A stretch of DNA of 64,000 bases from Mytilus californianus (lineage: Eukaryota). Below are positions 61,531-64,000 of this stretch, in pieces (position 1 is the first letter of the stretch; each line of letters starts with the position of its first letter). The notes beneath the pieces were generated by a model. It made no database searches and was not told the origin of the DNA. It saw nothing but the letters and a program-made list of their open reading frames with translations. The stretch lies in NCBI RefSeq assembly GCF_021869535.1, contig NW_026262734.1, positions 16,182,001-16,246,000 on the forward strand, written 5' to 3'. Both the position numbers and the translations under genes were made by a program.

Positions 61531-64000
61531 TAGCTCACCTGGCCCACAGGGCCAAGTGAGCTTTTCTCATCACTTGGCGTCCGTCGTCGTCTGTCGTCGT
61601 CCATCGTCGTCGTTAACTTTTACAAAAATCTTCTCCTCTTAAACTACTTGGCCAAATTAAACCAAACTTGGCCACAATCATCATTGGGGTATCTAGTTAA
61701 AAAAATGTGTCCAGTGACCCGGCCAACCAACCAAGATGGCCGCCATGGCTAAAAATAGAACATAGGGGTAAAATGTAGATTTTGGCTTCTATCTCTGAAA
61801 CCAAAGCATTTAGAGCAAATCTGACATGGGGTAAAATTGATTATAAGGTCAAGATCTATCTGCCCTGAAATTTTCAGATGAATGTGACAACCCGTTGTTG
61901 GGTTGCTGCCCCTGAATTTGTAATTTTACGGAAATTTTGCCGTTTTTAGCTCACCTGGCCCAAAGGGCCAAGTGAGCTTTTCTCATCACATGGCATCCGT
62001 CGTCCGTCGTCCGTCGTCCTGCGTCGGGCGTCCATTATCCTGCGTCCGTCATCCGTAAACTTTTACAAAAATCTTCTCCTCTGAAACTACTGTGCCAAAT
62101 TTGACCAAACTTGGCCACAATCATCATTGGGGTTTCTAGTTTAAAAAATGTGTCCGGTGACCTGGCCAACCAACCAAGATGGCCGCCATGGCTAAAAATA
62201 GAACATAGGGGTAAAATGTAGATTTTGGCTTATATCTCTGAAACCAAAGCATTTACAGCAAATCTGATTGGGGTAAAATTGTTTATCAGGTCAAGATCTA
62301 TCTGCCCTGAAATTTTCAGATGAATCTGACATCCCGTTGTTGGGTTGCTGCCCCTGAATTGGTAATTTTAAGAAAATTTTGCTGTTTTTGGTTATTATCT
62401 TGAATATTATTATAGATAGAGATAAACTGTAAACAGCAATAATGTTTAGCAAAGTAAGATCTACAAATAAGTCAACTTGATCAAAATGGTCAGTTGACCT
62501 CTTAAGGAGTTATTGCCCTTTATAGTCAATTTTTAACCATTTTTCGTAAATTTTTGTAATCTTTTACAAAAATCTTCTCCTCTGAATCTACTAGGACAAA
62601 TTAAACCAAACTTGTCCACAATCATCATTAGGGTATTGAGTTTAAAAAATGTGTCCGATGACCTGCTCGCGAACCAAGATAGCTGACATGGCTAAAAAAT
62701 AGAACATAGGGTAAAATGCAGTTTTTGGCTTATATCTCTGAAACCAAAGCATTTAGAGCAAATCTTACAAGGACAAAATTGTTCATTAGGTCAAGATCTA
62801 TCTGCCCTGAAATTTTCAGACCAATCAGGCAACAAGTTGTTGGGTTGCTGCCCCTGAATTGGTAATTTTAAGAAAATTTTGCAGCTTTTGGTTATTATCT
62901 TGAATATTATTATAGAGATAAACTGTGAACAGCAATAATGTACAGCAAAGTAAGATCTACAAATAAGTCAACATGACCAAAATTGTCAATTGACCCCTTA
63001 AGGAGTTATTGCCCTTTATAGTCAATTTTTTACAATTTTGTAAATTTTTGTAAATTTTTACAAAATATTTTCCACTGTAACTACTGGGCCAAGTTCATTA
63101 TAGATAGAGATAATTGTAAGCAGCAAGAATGTTCAGTAAAGTAAGATCTACAAACACATCACCATCACCAAAACACAATTTTGTCATGAATCCATCTGTG
63201 TCCTTTGTTTAATATGCACATAGACCAAGGTGAGCGACACAGGCTCTTTAGAGCCTCTAGTTGGTTATTATCTTGAATATTATTATAGATAGAGATAAAC
63301 TGTAAACAGCAATAATGGTCAGCAAAGTAAGATCTACAAATAAGTCAACTTGACCAAAATGGTCAGTTGACCCCTTAAAGAGTTATTGCCCTTTATAGTC
63401 AATTTTTAACCATTTTTCGTAAATTTTTGTAATCTTTTACAAAATTCTTCTCCTCTGAAACTACTAAGACAAATTTAACCAAACTTGTCCACAATCATCA
63501 TTAGGGTATCTAGTTTAAAAAATGTGTCTGATGACCCTGCCTGCGAACCAAGATGGCCGACATGGCTAAAAAATAGTACATAGGGTAAAATGCAGTTTTT
63601 GGCTCATATCTCTGAAACCAAAGCATTTAGAGCAAATCTGACATTGGGTATAATTGATTATAAGGTCAAGATCTATCTGCCCTGAAATTTTCAGACCAAT
63701 CAGACAACATGTTGTTGGGTTGCTGCCCCTGAATTGGTAATTTTAAGAAAATTTTGCAGCTTTTGGTTATTATCTTGAATATTATTATAGATAGAGATAA
63801 ACTGTAAACAGCAATAATGTACAGCAAAGTAAGGTCTACAATAAGTCAACATGACAAAAATTGTAAATTGACCCCTTAAGGAGTTATTGTCCTTTATAGT
63901 CAATTTTTTACAAATATCATAAATTTTGTAAATTTTTGTAAATTTTTACAAAATATTTTCCACTGTAACTACTGGGCCAAGTTCATTATAGATAGAGATA
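61531..64000 (+). mobile_element. HINE family A cluster with two hairpin ends and tandem internal repeats
   Basis: Hairpins AGCTCACCTGGCCC-n3-GGGCCAAGTGAGCT at 61532 and 61948 in T-runs, GTC microsatellites, and repeated GAGTTATTGCCC subunits to the window end. Confidence 0.75.

Overview
AT-rich, intron-containing animal genomic DNA. The repeat families and gene content suggest a bivalve, most likely Mytilus (inference). Four protein genes can be assembled by hand from splice signals and reading phase. (1) A minus-strand 6-exon CARD-CARD-nSTAND3 NTPase-ankyrin gene of about 1018 aa with NLR-like architecture (9339-2489). (2) A minus-strand 7-exon uncharacterised protein of about 474 aa with two HxHC/C2H2 zinc fingers and a coiled coil (34032-26259; first exon tentative). 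(3) An ADAT2 with a single coding exon (44360-44875). (4) An 8-exon type II alternative NADH dehydrogenase, NDH-2, of 441 aa (45115-57515). The non-genic DNA holds an 8.4-kb 62-bp satellite, many Helentron-type non-autonomous elements (HINEs), Kolobok and Harbinger-like MITEs, a Gypsy RT fragment, a tRNA-head SINE, a KolobokP-like composite element (LTDR-INTx3-LTDR) and a retrozyme-like repeat with an intact hammerhead ribozyme core inside an NDH-2 intron. Most striking: all three multi-exon genes carry tandem repeats built from an exon edge plus its splice site. The extreme case is 34 stacked (Y)nAAG|GTAAGA junctions in NDH-2 that resemble a recursive-splicing ratchet array. Coordinates were counted by hand; repeat boundaries are approximate.
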